Shown here: one piece after another, positions 53,401 through 59,839 of the stretch
Numbering within the stretch: position 1 is the first letter of the stretch
How the letters are laid out: the number at the start of each line of letters is the position of its first letter
Virus record (IMG/VR): IMGVR_UViG_2710264769_000001
Strand: one strand, 5' to 3'
DNA length: 63,417 bases
DNA from: a virus
The notes under the pieces: model-generated
The model's input: the letters and a program-made list of their open reading frames with translations, nothing else
The model's database searches: none
Told to the model about the DNA's origin: nothing
Position numbers and translations under genes: made by a program

Positions 53401-55182
53401 GGGGAGCTGCTCACTATGCTGGGGATTGATGTTGATGATTCCTCAGCGTTAGATGTTCTCGGCGAATTGTTGAACGAAGCGGCGCAGGGCAAAGAAGTAG
53501 ATATGGGAACGCTTGTAAACATCTTTCGACCCGAACGTTTTGGAGATGTCCGCAAGAACGTGGTTATGGTATGGCGTGAGGGAAAACCGCAGTTCTATGA
53601 GTTCAAGGACAAACAGCTTTTCAATGCGATCATGCACATTGATTCGGAGACGGCTGGATGGTTTGTGGATACTTTTCTCAGACCTGCGGCGAAGCTGTTA
53701 AGGATAGGAGCAACATGGAACCCCAGGTTTCTCGGTTTTAACGCCTGGAGAGATGCGTGGCAGACTCCTATTTACAGCGAATATCAAAACCTGCCGCTTT
53801 TAGGATTGTTTAAAGGTTTATACCACATTGCCAAAAACGATGAAGTTTACCGGGATTTCCTTGCTGATAGAGCCGGTATGAGCACACAGCTTTCCTACGA
53901 TAAGGACTATCTGACCGAAGGATACCATCATATTTTGAGAAGCAGATGGCAGGAAATGATGAAGATAGCGATTAACCCCATCGGGCTTCTTGGCAGGGCT
54001 TCAAGCATGATAGAGTATGCAACCAACGTAGGGGAATACATGGCGGCACGCAGAAAAGGCGCACACTGGATAACCGGCAGTTTTGCCGGTCGTGATATAA
54101 CAGTAGATCACCAGGTTCATGGCAGTAAAACAGCTATAATCCGAGGAAGTACTCCATTCTTCAATGCAGCGATAAGGGGCCATGATAAGATGCGCAGAGC
54201 CTTCCAGAAGAATCCCGCACGTTTTATTTTAAGGGCGCTTTTGATTTTGACCTTGCCTACCGTGTTACTTTATCTACTAAACCGGAATAATCCTTATTAT
54301 CAGGAGCTTCCAGAGTGGCGGAAAAACCTTTTCTGGAATTACCCTCTCCCTGTGGGCGGCAGTTTCACAAGAACAAAATGGTTTTTAACAGTTCCCAGGC
54401 CATTCTTGATGGGGATTATTTTTGGCGCTTTTCCTGAAAACCTGATGCGCCAGCTTGATAAGAAAAACAGGGCTTCCTGGAACAATCTGTCCGAGGATCT
54501 GCTGAAAACAGCAGTGCCAAACTATATGCCTGCGGCCATAGGGCCTATACTGGAGCAGTGGGGTAACTTGAGATTCTATAATGATGCTCCCGTTGTCCCT
54601 GCCAGTGAAGCCGGGAGAGCACCGGAGTTTCAATATGGTGCTTATACCAGCGAAGTTGCAAAGCTCCTGGGTAAAAAGCTCAAGTTGTCACCCAGGAGAA
54701 TAGATGCTTTAATACAAGGCTATACGGCAGGGGTGGGCAGGCACGTCATAAGAGCAGTAGATGAGCTGCTTTATCTCACAGGCGTTGCAGACCGGAAGTT
54801 GCGGCCTAAAGGGACGATTCAGGACATTCCTGTCCTTGGGGATATTATAGCTACCTCGGGGGCTTATGGCTCTGCTTCTGTGGACAGGTTCTACAAGGAT
54901 CTGAACAGGGCAGAAGTTTTGGCCGCCAGGGAACAGAGCTATCTTGAAAGAGGTCAAACGCCGCCTAAACTTTCGGCAAAGGATCAGGCGCTGCTTTGGG
55001 ACCTTGAATATATGCGCTCTTTACAAAGGGAACTGGCAGGGGTACGCAGCATTATGAGAGAAATCCATGAAAGCGCAGATTATACGCCGGAAGAAAAAAG
55101 AAAGCTGCTTGACTTCTATGAACTAACAATTGTCAACCAGGTGCGGGTACATTACAGCTTACAGCCGATACCGATTGAATAG
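41446..55182 (+). CDS. Giant polyvalent virion protein (4,578 aa): DarB-like N6-MTase, SF2 helicase, second SAM-MTase-like domain, HExxH motif, C-terminal TM segment
   Basis: ENYRI...IKYVGWG...ILEPAMGIGHFFG (46021-60), SNVPFN (46241-60). Helicase motifs GSGKT (48181-200), DESH (48683-97), QRERRGIRQGN (49757-90). HFDVGGGRYD (51316-45). LAHELGHFLD (52129-60). Hydrophobic ILRALLILTLPTVLLYLL (54222-80). Uninterrupted 13.7 kb ORF with RBS GAAAGGAGGGG. Confidence 0.85.
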   Translation: MAIDRRSDPLGLYAAYEENKKKKKRPVFEPDLSRRTMPTTPETPVIPTTAISTPDLWQKSAPVQQVVPAKPFVPQVPATEMGRYAEPDIIKPTVMPDVVTGAAPTAKQVIENLKAKQIIPSIPTTPTFDYEWKWEYLRPPTTPTDVKEKAQIDKTPPDWFKRLMSGKDIFGIQAKRQEMLEEGWEPTTPQALEEWSQRLRAFERTKPGQYLLRMSEMAGQIAAPGKSVYEEMPSTGNEALDFTADIIGVITGYMVPGGIGRMGYEIVSPATNMVMGRLLTGKVGERVLRTMASQKVLQELGPVPSPLKDIVGRVAARAVIGGLTSGINFSGRRLLLDALQLQGIPDAKKIQEIAKNLTKDFGWGFLTGAVLGGGRAIIKEASPYFNKESMVRQGYREIKDPATKKGLDIYWRETRVQKGERPSIEFVVVKPTEETLQARIDYLYKYSQTEWAQTPRGREMIARIKDTVDAYEIGKTGAFAIIPEAPYTKEWPMRAPRPEVQEKVQRLQAVTRGEIPPTGQVPTTATGLYGEKVELPYVGRRQQAPSKFPEFKVLPTDVGKLQPMTAPIAGGPIISPSQLRQLVREGTAKSTKEINDATILAYQKAVEQGLGHKEARSIVQNIVDTFRQVGARLNTENVAKYFENINAGMAPAEAVKMVAERPDKIGPTAVYRDPYQMTQEEYVAKKVKEGVSRDAAEREHYEAVAEAIRADRVVTPAAVASYPDLEKILEEKIAKRTEEMKAVEIAKAKPEVKPEPKPAEVPAKEPWQMTRKEYMAKGIIPLPVDHPLQVKAENAIKALKEAKKKLLDVSPHKYGDDAIEKSLRSTKVPREIKEAYNIAKKEYRSAVNAVEQEADHKTLVERALAEGKPIPPEVLADYPDLKPVEAPARTIDDLNLGRSGKAALKKWAANERIMVDLDKPDDPDTKLFVEFFNKYYQAGLEGVSKRNIPFDEVDTGFPPFLADEFYEAGEKDAARTKPKEEPEKPAGEPGKPWWEKDVDWTTPEEYKGEPGIPIRIRPVVSSTGKGYSLMDANGVRFGTIRESWEEAVAAANKENRRLYEAEQIRLKAIQEKEKQEAPAPTEKTPSGITWRLNDEKGGVEIKFPERPDDAIIQRLRNAGFRWSKPQKLWYAKQSDARIALAKELAGEQEKPEVKEPSKKELKPPEDSGKMEAEKVPVPEGRVADNIDWLKGAASDARKRLAARRAKREAEAQKEEMPEELSFAVGKAGGLPMDDLVDYAIVGAELLATENPSYDEWAEVMLEEFGPAIKLFLRGIYGQSKAMLEMTPAEINEMVGITQREEVTGLEDRREPDGTQRGEEALERVPSEDVQRTEGERGARPDRKESDKADDRGHRKTARPGTDVRTGVGDDEKQLDVPAEREGGTGAGHESPDPEITTPGRSITSENYRIRPEDQLDTRSKLQKLNDNIRAIRLMKDLVERNQPATPEEQAILIKYVGWGFYKDVFDKSYAEKHGLMEQYNALKELLTEEEFMSARATTPFAHYTSPEIINAMYEVLQRIGFDGGRILEPAMGIGHFFGMMPENLAKKSWLTGVEIDTVSGNIAKLLYPRANINVMGYEEFDVPYDKRKLLNENYYDLAISNVPFNRTPPAKDVRYKNIADNLHNFFFAKAVDQVRPGGIVAFVTSRYTMDSRDRSFREYLNERADFLGAVRLHNEAFKGIAETQVVTDIIFLRKRAVGEPYAGEEWLENKDVTVEKNREAINEYYVDHPEMVMGETAFIRGMYYAGEYAVVPDGRDLAQSVIDALTEKLPRNAYKQRPVHEATEAPKIEDFLIAPPETQEGSIVIQKNKLMIAQLDDNGQLVLMPADKVLNFTPGGTVEKRIRGMIKIRDIYNELLNLELSDGSEAEIEKLRKTLNKVYDDFVKNYGYINTAANSRAFAEDNSYYRIAGLEVQDPETGKYVKNDVFKKRTVRKYETKTSAENSKEGLLITLNERGVVDINHIASLTGKTSDQVAEELTGFIFKDPEKGWVTADEYLSGNVRQKLRIAEDAAKHDKSYEANVKALKEVQPADLTPDKIYVKLGVPWIGKDDVRDFLVHLLDIKSWEADEVRVTHETRSGIWGIDFKDKGVKTSVRNSTANRKTWGFVFRGFDTSTGRSFTIEKSALDIIESLLNSRSLNATFKRVTYDPVEGREKEKTVTHQAATLALREKGREIEQEFKEWLWSDSERAERLAKVYNWEFNNSVMRNFDGSHLTFPGMNPAITLGPHQKDMVWRIVQSRGALAHHVAGSGKTFVMVASAMEMKRLGIANKPIVVTRPSIIGQFAAEARRLYPAAKILAYSQKDMAADKRKKALARIAAGDWDLVIMPHSSFKMVPLSGEYVERIINRELANLERSIQEQRRALGQEGKAIVRKMENARNALEKKLREHLAKLERQQDAGFMTFEESGIDALFVDESHYYKNLFYNTSMNNIGNMGSPQGSMQAFDMFTKTDYVRNLRDGSGIVFASGTPISNSMVEMYALLRYLAPQELEARDLHSFDAWASVFGRAVTASELNPSGKGFRPKVRFAQFVNLPELLQLYHSFADVVNHERFLELNPHIKLPKIATGQRILISAQPSEEIMDYIEELDDRCEAIKAGHVDPSEDNFLKVVNDGRLVALYPPLRGLMDYKDSRINLAINNIFDIWKKYEKDRLTQLAFLDLSVPKGKSKEQEEADIDEEAEDVVFEDLEEDQQTVYEVIRRKLLAKGVPADEIAFIHDYKTDKQRLELFEKVKRGDIRILLGSTSKMGEGMNVQDKVIAVHHLDCPWKPSEIEQRERRGIRQGNQNEEVFIYTYGTERTFDIFMWQLISIKQKNFKQVETRNINPEMREMENFDEIQMSSKQMSAILTGDPKYMEYTEIEQRLIELAAIESGYIGKREAIKREISSASMSLEGAKKVAEKSKQDLERAKNIKGDLFEIKLFDKVYKDRKEAGKIIQGVEGPLKNVFHKYDKFRQESFYTPKQFLDEINKLQGINAHLFNAEKYKEGISEEELNAVIIPLGEFAGFPLSLRLHYQYGGALIFEGSNFYKVLLGETGYNTIRSLEIRAQGIKKDYTDRVKFIESLTKRLEELKAEAAKPFKYADELKKLRRRKEELAQELGIDQLEGEVMVEDAYVPETYGVGVIEISLMIDGIKQKVEVTGKEVAPGIAINKGVKNEKKDIRDLWRVTHLQSGLRFGTYYDTMQTAEKAALAISKLADWNVPLSDISNEIKQEATKLAEDFSKKEQQAQAEQELEERSYDIFLNRTEYLSTEVSAPAKELRHAPERTSQKQKAGGLTLLVKLVDRGVIERPAFHFDVGGGRYDLGIEYLKENGIECILWDPEARSPEYNKASLERLKQVGGAETASLNNVLNVLPDKESRLDAIRFMFQHLQTGGLAIITVHQGDKTGVSKKVVVGNQYNWQLNRPLESYLPEIKEALGNAANIEMKYNAFLITKKRRLDLTRLAKRVSAEKAAAEKAEEKAEKELLKVHKEPWQEELDDSMPEVMHSIAKKDARAFAKATGAREGETGKQAWERVTRKQDILRKIDRVIATYKGHVRGPMAGFFRSKEKYIRIKTKFFADLEILAHELGHFLDGELKLFSKRNINKVMGEKAFDSISQELVLNSPYVQETLLKVRPEASFKLQVHEGIADFINFYINEPEKAKELMPGFYEYFDKMIHTQSELLDKVEEIRAIVDKYYRQPDIALVNSFIGSEKEKTISWSKVKDWWEQVYYNIFDDSARIAYYMEQLYGGRKVAGEGATKVVDPEKNAWLMYRMAKGAQMAAHNFIRRGGGQIEYGTKKKIGPSLYEITDPIHQMGKDEDGVPHFVKFTAYLVSKMAIYREDELGVISGMDKAQLEAARRLVKEVEASKYFKKYDKAREEMRDFCRFVLRQLVRGGILSEEGYETIIKKYPDIYIPFYRVRDDRKVKKSEGQHIANISKGVITYKGAMLPIQDPWQSIIRQTHIFTILADKNLAMQALVDMEQIAGGTGEWFSSIPTPVKVTKATIGELLTMLGIDVDDSSALDVLGELLNEAAQGKEVDMGTLVNIFRPERFGDVRKNVVMVWREGKPQFYEFKDKQLFNAIMHIDSETAGWFVDTFLRPAAKLLRIGATWNPRFLGFNAWRDAWQTPIYSEYQNLPLLGLFKGLYHIAKNDEVYRDFLADRAGMSTQLSYDKDYLTEGYHHILRSRWQEMMKIAINPIGLLGRASSMIEYATNVGEYMAARRKGAHWITGSFAGRDITVDHQVHGSKTAIIRGSTPFFNAAIRGHDKMRRAFQKNPARFILRALLILTLPTVLLYLLNRNNPYYQELPEWRKNLFWNYPLPVGGSFTRTKWFLTVPRPFLMGIIFGAFPENLMRQLDKKNRASWNNLSEDLLKTAVPNYMPAAIGPILEQWGNLRFYNDAPVVPASEAGRAPEFQYGAYTSEVAKLLGKKLKLSPRRIDALIQGYTAGVGRHVIRAVDELLYLTGVADRKLRPKGTIQDIPVLGDIIATSGAYGSASVDRFYKDLNRAEVLAAREQSYLERGQTPPKLSAKDQALLWDLEYMRSLQRELAGVRSIMREIHESADYTPEEKRKLLDFYELTIVNQVRVHYSLQPIPIE
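45359..45652 (+). CDS. Candidate nested +1-frame ORF inside the giant gene (97 aa)
   Basis: GGGAGGAGG (45341-49) lies 9 nt before TTG 45359. Translation ...KRHWKEFRPKMYKELKESGELDQTVRKAIRLTIEDIAKLQDQGLTYEQAWEMTRNNWMYLPSEKE looks like a folded helical domain. The main frame here is an R/E/D/G-rich linker. Confidence 0.35.
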   Translation: MRIEENLMAPSAVKRHWKEFRPKMYKELKESGELDQTVRKAIRLTIEDIAKLQDQGLTYEQAWEMTRNNWMYLPSEKEAPELGMNLRTLKLPPLEEV

Positions 55183-55240
55183 CGGGAAGAGGGTAGGGAC
55201 TAAAAACCCTGCCCTCACTATTTTAAGAAAGGGTGATTAT

Positions 55241-56053
55241 ATGTTTAACGACATTAAGCCTACAGACTGGTTTTACAAGGCCCTGGAAATTCTCTTCAAG
55301 AGAAAAATGATTGCTGGCTTCCCTGATGGAAGTTTCAAGCCGGACGATCCCGTTAACAGGGCGCAGGCAACTGCTATGATCTCCAGGGTGTATTCAAGGC
55401 CCTGGGACCTGGTTAAAGAAGTAACCCCTTCCGTGGTAAAAATCCTGGCGACACACAACGGAGTAACAAGCCTGGGAAGCGGGGTTATGCTTGATACGAC
55501 AGGCTTTATAGCTACAAACGTTCATGTAGTTACGGTAGGATTGGATGTTTGCTCCGATATCAAAGTATTTTGCATGAAGCTGCCTTCCTATGGTTTTAAT
55601 GCGGAAGTATTAACCGGAGACTTTGGCCAGGATATAGCAATCATTCGATGCAAGGGTATTCCTGAAAGCTACTGCAAGCCAGTTAAGTTTGCGCAGGAAG
55701 CAATCTGGATGGATGAAGTTTTCTGCTTCGGCAATCCCCTTGGGTATCTTCATTCGGCCTCCAAAGGGATTGTAAGTTTTGAGAAGCGTATTTTCAGCGG
55801 GTGCGAGTTTATTCAGACTGATGCGGCTGTAAACCCTGGCAATAGCGGGGGCGGGGCCTTTAATTTAGCCGGAGAGCTGATTGGTCTGCCAACGTGGAAA
55901 GTGGTTTGGGCTGATCAGGCCAAGACAATCCCGGTGGACAATATCAGCTTCATTACTCCGGCCTGGCATGTGGAGAAATTCTATAATCAGGCAAAAAGCA
56001 AGCAGAATATAGGGCTTATCACCGGTGAACCGGTTGAGTTTATACTAACATAA
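55241..56053 (+). CDS. SLH-domain trypsin-like serine protease
   Basis: N-terminal SLH motif (WFYKALEILFKRKMIAGFPDGSFKPDDPVNRAQATAMI). Catalytic ATNVHVV / DIAII / GNSGGG. ATG 55241 within tracked ORF 55130..56053. Confidence 0.8.
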   Translation: MFNDIKPTDWFYKALEILFKRKMIAGFPDGSFKPDDPVNRAQATAMISRVYSRPWDLVKEVTPSVVKILATHNGVTSLGSGVMLDTTGFIATNVHVVTVGLDVCSDIKVFCMKLPSYGFNAEVLTGDFGQDIAIIRCKGIPESYCKPVKFAQEAIWMDEVFCFGNPLGYLHSASKGIVSFEKRIFSGCEFIQTDAAVNPGNSGGGAFNLAGELIGLPTWKVVWADQAKTIPVDNISFITPAWHVEKFYNQAKSKQNIGLITGEPVEFILT

Positions 56054-56078
56054 TTTCCAAGGTCAGGAGGCGGTCAAT

Positions 56079-56303
56079 TTGCAGGAATATCAATGGTTGG
56101 CTAATTTTGGATTTGCGGCGGTAATTGCTTGGTACGCCTTAACAACCTTAAATGCGACTATAAAGGATTCTGCAAACAAACATGAAAGGGCCATAGCCGG
56201 AATGACACGCCAGTTAAAACTAAACTCTATTATCCTGGCAAGGATCAGCGGTCAAGACTTTAGCCAAATAGAAAAGGATTTTGATGCTAACGGGAGCTGT
56301 TAA
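56079..56303 (+). CDS. Putative holin/lysis-associated membrane protein (BhlA-like topology)
   Basis: Single N-terminal TM (FGFAAVIAWYALTTL) plus a helical tail; AGGAGG lies 8 nt before TTG 56079. It sits directly upstream of the amidase. Confidence 0.45.
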   Translation: MQEYQWLANFGFAAVIAWYALTTLNATIKDSANKHERAIAGMTRQLKLNSIILARISGQDFSQIEKDFDANGSC

Positions 56304-56305
56304 AG

Positions 56306-57013
56306 TTGGATATTATCAAAAACATCATACCGGAAAACCGGGCCAACCGTCCGGGTTTTTTTATGACGCCTCAATATATTACAATTCACAACACCGGCAA
56401 CCCAAATGCTACAGCCCTAGCACACGGAAATTATTTAAGCAAGAACTCTATCGCTGAAAGATTGCCTGTTTCCTATCATTTCACAGTTGATGACCTACAT
56501 ATAGTCCAGCATTTACCTTTAAACGAATCAGGGTGGCACACAGGAGACGGAACAAACGGCCCGGGGAACCGTAAAAGCATAGGCATTGAAATATGTGAAT
56601 TTACGGACACGAACAGACAGTTAAAGGCGGAGGAAAATGCTTACCGGCTTACAGCCTTTCTCTGCAATACCTTAAATATTTCGCCTGACTTTGTGGTTCA
56701 ACATCATCACTGGACAAGAAAAAACTGTCCCAGGGTGTTAAGGGGCAGACCGGGAGGGTGGACTTTTTTTATAACCATGGTAAAGAAGCACTTGCAATTA
56801 TTTACCGATGTGCCTAATGATTACTGGAATATTGACGATCTCCAGTGGGCCAAAGAGAAGGGAATTATCAAGGGTTCCCCTGACGGTAGCTTTAAACCTG
56901 ATGATTCTTTAACCAGGGCGCAGGCTGTTTCAATGATAAAAAATCTTTATAATGCCGTTATTATCGAGATCGGCGAAAAAACAGGCCACAAATTTGACCA
57001 AACAGAGGGGTGA
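56306..57013 (+). CDS. Endolysin: N-acetylmuramoyl-L-alanine amidase (Amidase_2/PGRP) with a C-terminal SLH domain
   Basis: ITIHNTGNP..., GWHTGDG, HHHWTRKNCP (zinc ligands). C-terminal FTDVPNDYW...AKEKGIIKGSPDGSFKPDDSLTRAQAVSMI. Confidence 0.85.
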   Translation: MDIIKNIIPENRANRPGFFMTPQYITIHNTGNPNATALAHGNYLSKNSIAERLPVSYHFTVDDLHIVQHLPLNESGWHTGDGTNGPGNRKSIGIEICEFTDTNRQLKAEENAYRLTAFLCNTLNISPDFVVQHHHWTRKNCPRVLRGRPGGWTFFITMVKKHLQLFTDVPNDYWNIDDLQWAKEKGIIKGSPDGSFKPDDSLTRAQAVSMIKNLYNAVIIEIGEKTGHKFDQTEG

Positions 57014-57114
57014 AAGGTGTCTTAAGGTAAACCTACGAAGGGGGACAGTTAAGAGGCAAGGTGCTTAAATTCTTTAGCTCTCCGGTTAAAATTTGCAGGG
57101 GGGAGGTGTTAAAC

Positions 57115-57378
57115 ATGACTGACCTGGATCTGATTGCCGGCGTTGGTGCGGTTGGACTTATTGTCGGAGTTGTAGAAGTAGTTAAAAGAACGACGAATCT
57201 TAATCCGAAGTATGCGCCTGTTCTGTCTCTTGGCCTTGGGATTGGAGCAAGTTTTGGATATTCGTACTATGGCGGGGCACAATGGTTTACAGCACTTATC
57301 ATGGGTCTAGCGGTAGGATTGAGCGCCATTGGTGGTTATAGTGGAACAAAGAATGTACTGGAAGCATTAAACAAGTGA
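57115..57378 (+). CDS. Holin (multi-TM, Gly-rich)
   Basis: MTDLDLIAGVGAVGLIVGVVEVV...LSLGLGIGASFGY...ALIMGLAVGLSAIGGY; GGGGGAGG RBS. Confidence 0.65.
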   Translation: MTDLDLIAGVGAVGLIVGVVEVVKRTTNLNPKYAPVLSLGLGIGASFGYSYYGGAQWFTALIMGLAVGLSAIGGYSGTKNVLEALNK

Positions 57379-57403
57379 TCCCCCTCTAAAACATATACCT
57401 TTT

Positions 57404-57443
57404 AGGGCCCTCCTGATGTCCCCTGGGAGGGCCTTATTTTTTT
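57404..57443 (+). terminator. Rho-independent terminator at the end of the late operon
   Basis: agggccctcc...ggagggcct followed by tatttttttg. Confidence 0.75.
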
Positions 57444-57564
57444 GTGAAAAAATTAAAGTTGTTATAGCCACCATATAGGATTGTAATTATTTCTCAGGGG
57501 AGCAGGAAGAAGAGGATGAAGAATAGAATATTTTGGCAAGACTAAGATAAGAGAAGGAGATAAA

Positions 57565-57846
57565 TTGAACAAAAAAACAAGAATCCTTTTATTGGTGCTG
57601 CTAATTTTAGTGTTCATTACTTTATTCAGGTGGGATGATAGCAAATGGGAATCAACACCGAATTACATAATAAACATGAAATACGATAGGCTAACTTCTT
57701 TATCGCAGTATACGGTTTTAAGTCCAAGAGAAAAAAGGACAGTTTATGAAAACCGTTTCGTAACTATAGCTACGAATACAGGGTTAAACTTGTGTATGTT
57801 GGGTATAGGAATCGCTCTGTTGCTGGAAGCGAGGAAAAAAGAATGA
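57565..57846 (+). CDS. Two-TM membrane protein (moron-like, AT-rich)
   Basis: Hydrophobic segments at both ends. It lies between the lysis genes and the integrase and has its own RBS AGAAGGAG. Confidence 0.5.
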   Translation: MNKKTRILLLVLLILVFITLFRWDDSKWESTPNYIINMKYDRLTSLSQYTVLSPREKRTVYENRFVTIATNTGLNLCMLGIGIALLLEARKKE

Positions 57847-58043
57847 ACATCTAATGCGGATTGTTTTTCTTTCCAGACTTCTTTCCAAGGAGAGAATTTT
57901 TAAGTATATATTAGTATAAATGTTTGCTATAAGTTAAATACCATTATACAAACAAATCCCCTGTATATCACTGTTACCATGCATCAATATACATAATATT
58001 AAATCAGGGCGATATGCCACCGATGTAAAGCTAAAACATCAAT

Positions 58044-58072
58044 AAACCCCGATTATTCGGGGTTTTCTTTTT
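58044..58072. terminator. Bidirectional terminator
   Basis: aaaccccg-attatt-cggggttt flanked by A/T runs; downstream of both 57565..57846 and int. Confidence 0.7.
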
Positions 58073-58079
58073 CTCCAGG

Positions 58080-59162
58080 TCATTCCGTTTTCTCTCCAAA
58101 GTTTTCAAAGAGGTTGTCCAGTTTACGGGCTGCCTCTTTTCTATTTTTGCCTATAACATGTGCATAAGTATTCCAAAGTTGTGAAGCATTTGCATGGCCC
58201 AGCATGTCTGCAACATCAACAGGATTAACACCTTTTGAAAGCATCAGGGTGGCAAAGGTATGCCGCAGGCCGTGAAAAGAAATTTTCTTTACTCCGGCCT
58301 TTTTGATTGCTCTGTCCATGATTTTGTTGATTAGTTGCGGGATTAAAGGCTTGCCTTTTGCCGTGGTAAAAATATATTCATCATTGCTTTTGGATTTATA
58401 TTGTTCGAGTTTTTTCATTATAACAGGCGTAACGTCAATGGTGCGCCAGCCGGAAGCAGTTTTGGCATCCGTTACAGTTATGGTGTTGTTATTAAAGTTG
58501 ACATACTTCCGTTTCAGCCGCAATATTTCCATTTTTCTCATTCCCGTGGCAAGGGCCAGAAGGAACAGCAAAGAGTACTGATGATCTTCTACGGCAGATA
58601 GAAACTTTTCTGCTTCTTCCTCAGTCCAAAAATGTATTGCAGGTCGAGGAACAGTAGGCTTGACTACATCATCCATCGGATTTTTGGCGATATATCTCCA
58701 CTTTACTGCATATTTGAATCCCAGCGTGAAAACCTTGCAAATGGCATGGACTGAATTGGCCGAATAATGTTTTCTTTTTTCGGTAAGGAAGTTCTGGATC
58801 ATAAGGCCAGTAACATTGGGCAGTTTTGTCCTGCCCATAACTGGAATAATGTGCTTCAGGGCAAATTCATACTGAATTATTGTTGACTTGGCAAGAGATT
58901 TCATTTTACTGTATTTTTCTAACCAGGTTGTTAAGAATTCCTCAAGGCTAATATCAGCAGGTATGATAATATCGCCTTTTTGTTTTTCTACCATAAGACG
59001 ATATAAGAGAGCTTTTGCTTCTGGTGACTTTGCTGGCCGGTTAAGACCTAACTCTTTGCGTACACTGATCCATTTAGCGGGAAGCCTTTTACCATCATTA
59101 TCGTAACCTTGTTCAATTACAATATAATAATTATTGCCTTTTTTCTGTATGTGGCCGGACAT
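58080..59162 (-). CDS. int: Phage integrase (tyrosine recombinase)
   Basis: N-terminal Arm/SAM-like domain, HGLRHTFATLML, LGHANASQLWNTYAHV. An AT-rich 230-bp region at 57850-58079 is the likely attP. Confidence 0.9.
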   Translation of the reverse strand: MSGHIQKKGNNYYIVIEQGYDNDGKRLPAKWISVRKELGLNRPAKSPEAKALLYRLMVEKQKGDIIIPADISLEEFLTTWLEKYSKMKSLAKSTIIQYEFALKHIIPVMGRTKLPNVTGLMIQNFLTEKRKHYSANSVHAICKVFTLGFKYAVKWRYIAKNPMDDVVKPTVPRPAIHFWTEEEAEKFLSAVEDHQYSLLFLLALATGMRKMEILRLKRKYVNFNNNTITVTDAKTASGWRTIDVTPVIMKKLEQYKSKSNDEYIFTTAKGKPLIPQLINKIMDRAIKKAGVKKISFHGLRHTFATLMLSKGVNPVDVADMLGHANASQLWNTYAHVIGKNRKEAARKLDNLFENFGEKTE

Positions 59163-59173
59163 TTATATCAACC

Positions 59174-59803
59174 TCATTTAACGTCCTTAATTGTTTTTTT
59201 AACCAGTCCCAAAACAATTAATTCGTTTTTTTCAGGTATTATTGGTTTATATTCTGGATTATCACTTTGTAAAATAACTTTGCCGTTATTTTTAAAAACA
59301 CGCTTAATAACCGCTTCCCCGTCCGACAACAGTACAACCGCAATTTCTCTATCCAAAACATCATTCTGTCTTTTTACTAATACCAAACTATTCTCCTTAA
59401 TTTCTGGCTCCATGCTTTTCCCTTTTACACGCAACAAAAAATATTCGCCTCCTTTTATCCATTCTACGGGAACAGTTATGTATTTTTCTATATTTTCTTG
59501 AGCAAATACAGGCTTTCCAGCATGAATTTCGCCAAGAACGGGTATAGGTTTTACTTCTTCGGGTTCAAACATTTCGGGAAATCTTGCCCTAATATCTATG
59601 TTGCCAAGTAAAAAATCGATAGAAACTCCAAACAGAGATGCGATTTTTAAAAGAACATCATATCTCGGGCTTTTTTCTCCTGCTTCATATTGCACTACTG
59701 AAGAACGGGAAACATTGATTTTTTCTGCTAACTTTTGTTGAGTTAGCTTAAATTCTTTTCTTAATTCTGTTAATCGTATTGCAAAAATATCTTTTTTTGT
59801 CAT
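59174..59803 (-). CDS. cI: CI-like repressor (XRE HTH plus S24 LexA-type autopeptidase)
   Basis: LTQQKLAEKINVSRSSVVQYEAG; VKGKSMEPEI ... VIKRV (Ser/Lys dyad). Confidence 0.9.
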   Translation of the reverse strand: MTKKDIFAIRLTELRKEFKLTQQKLAEKINVSRSSVVQYEAGEKSPRYDVLLKIASLFGVSIDFLLGNIDIRARFPEMFEPEEVKPIPVLGEIHAGKPVFAQENIEKYITVPVEWIKGGEYFLLRVKGKSMEPEIKENSLVLVKRQNDVLDREIAVVLLSDGEAVIKRVFKNNGKVILQSDNPEYKPIIPEKNELIVLGLVKKTIKDVK

Positions 59804-59839
59804 TTTATCACCCCTTTTAGTTGCATTATAGTTTAAGAA

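Noticed and set aside
41782-54957. About 45 minus-strand and off-frame ORFs of 60-128 aa inside the giant gene (for example 43608..43988, 44340..44711, 45270..45635, 47493..47858)
   Set aside because: All lie within an uninterrupted 13.7 kb ORF that has recognisable domains. Their translations are low-complexity (S/L/F/C-rich) and none has an RBS. They are composition artefacts. Only the +1 ORF at 45359 was kept as a candidate.
57850-58079. tRNA gene at the attP region or elsewhere
   Set aside because: I could not draw a cloverleaf-compatible sequence by eye in this or any other intergenic region. A tRNAscan-type search would be needed to exclude one.
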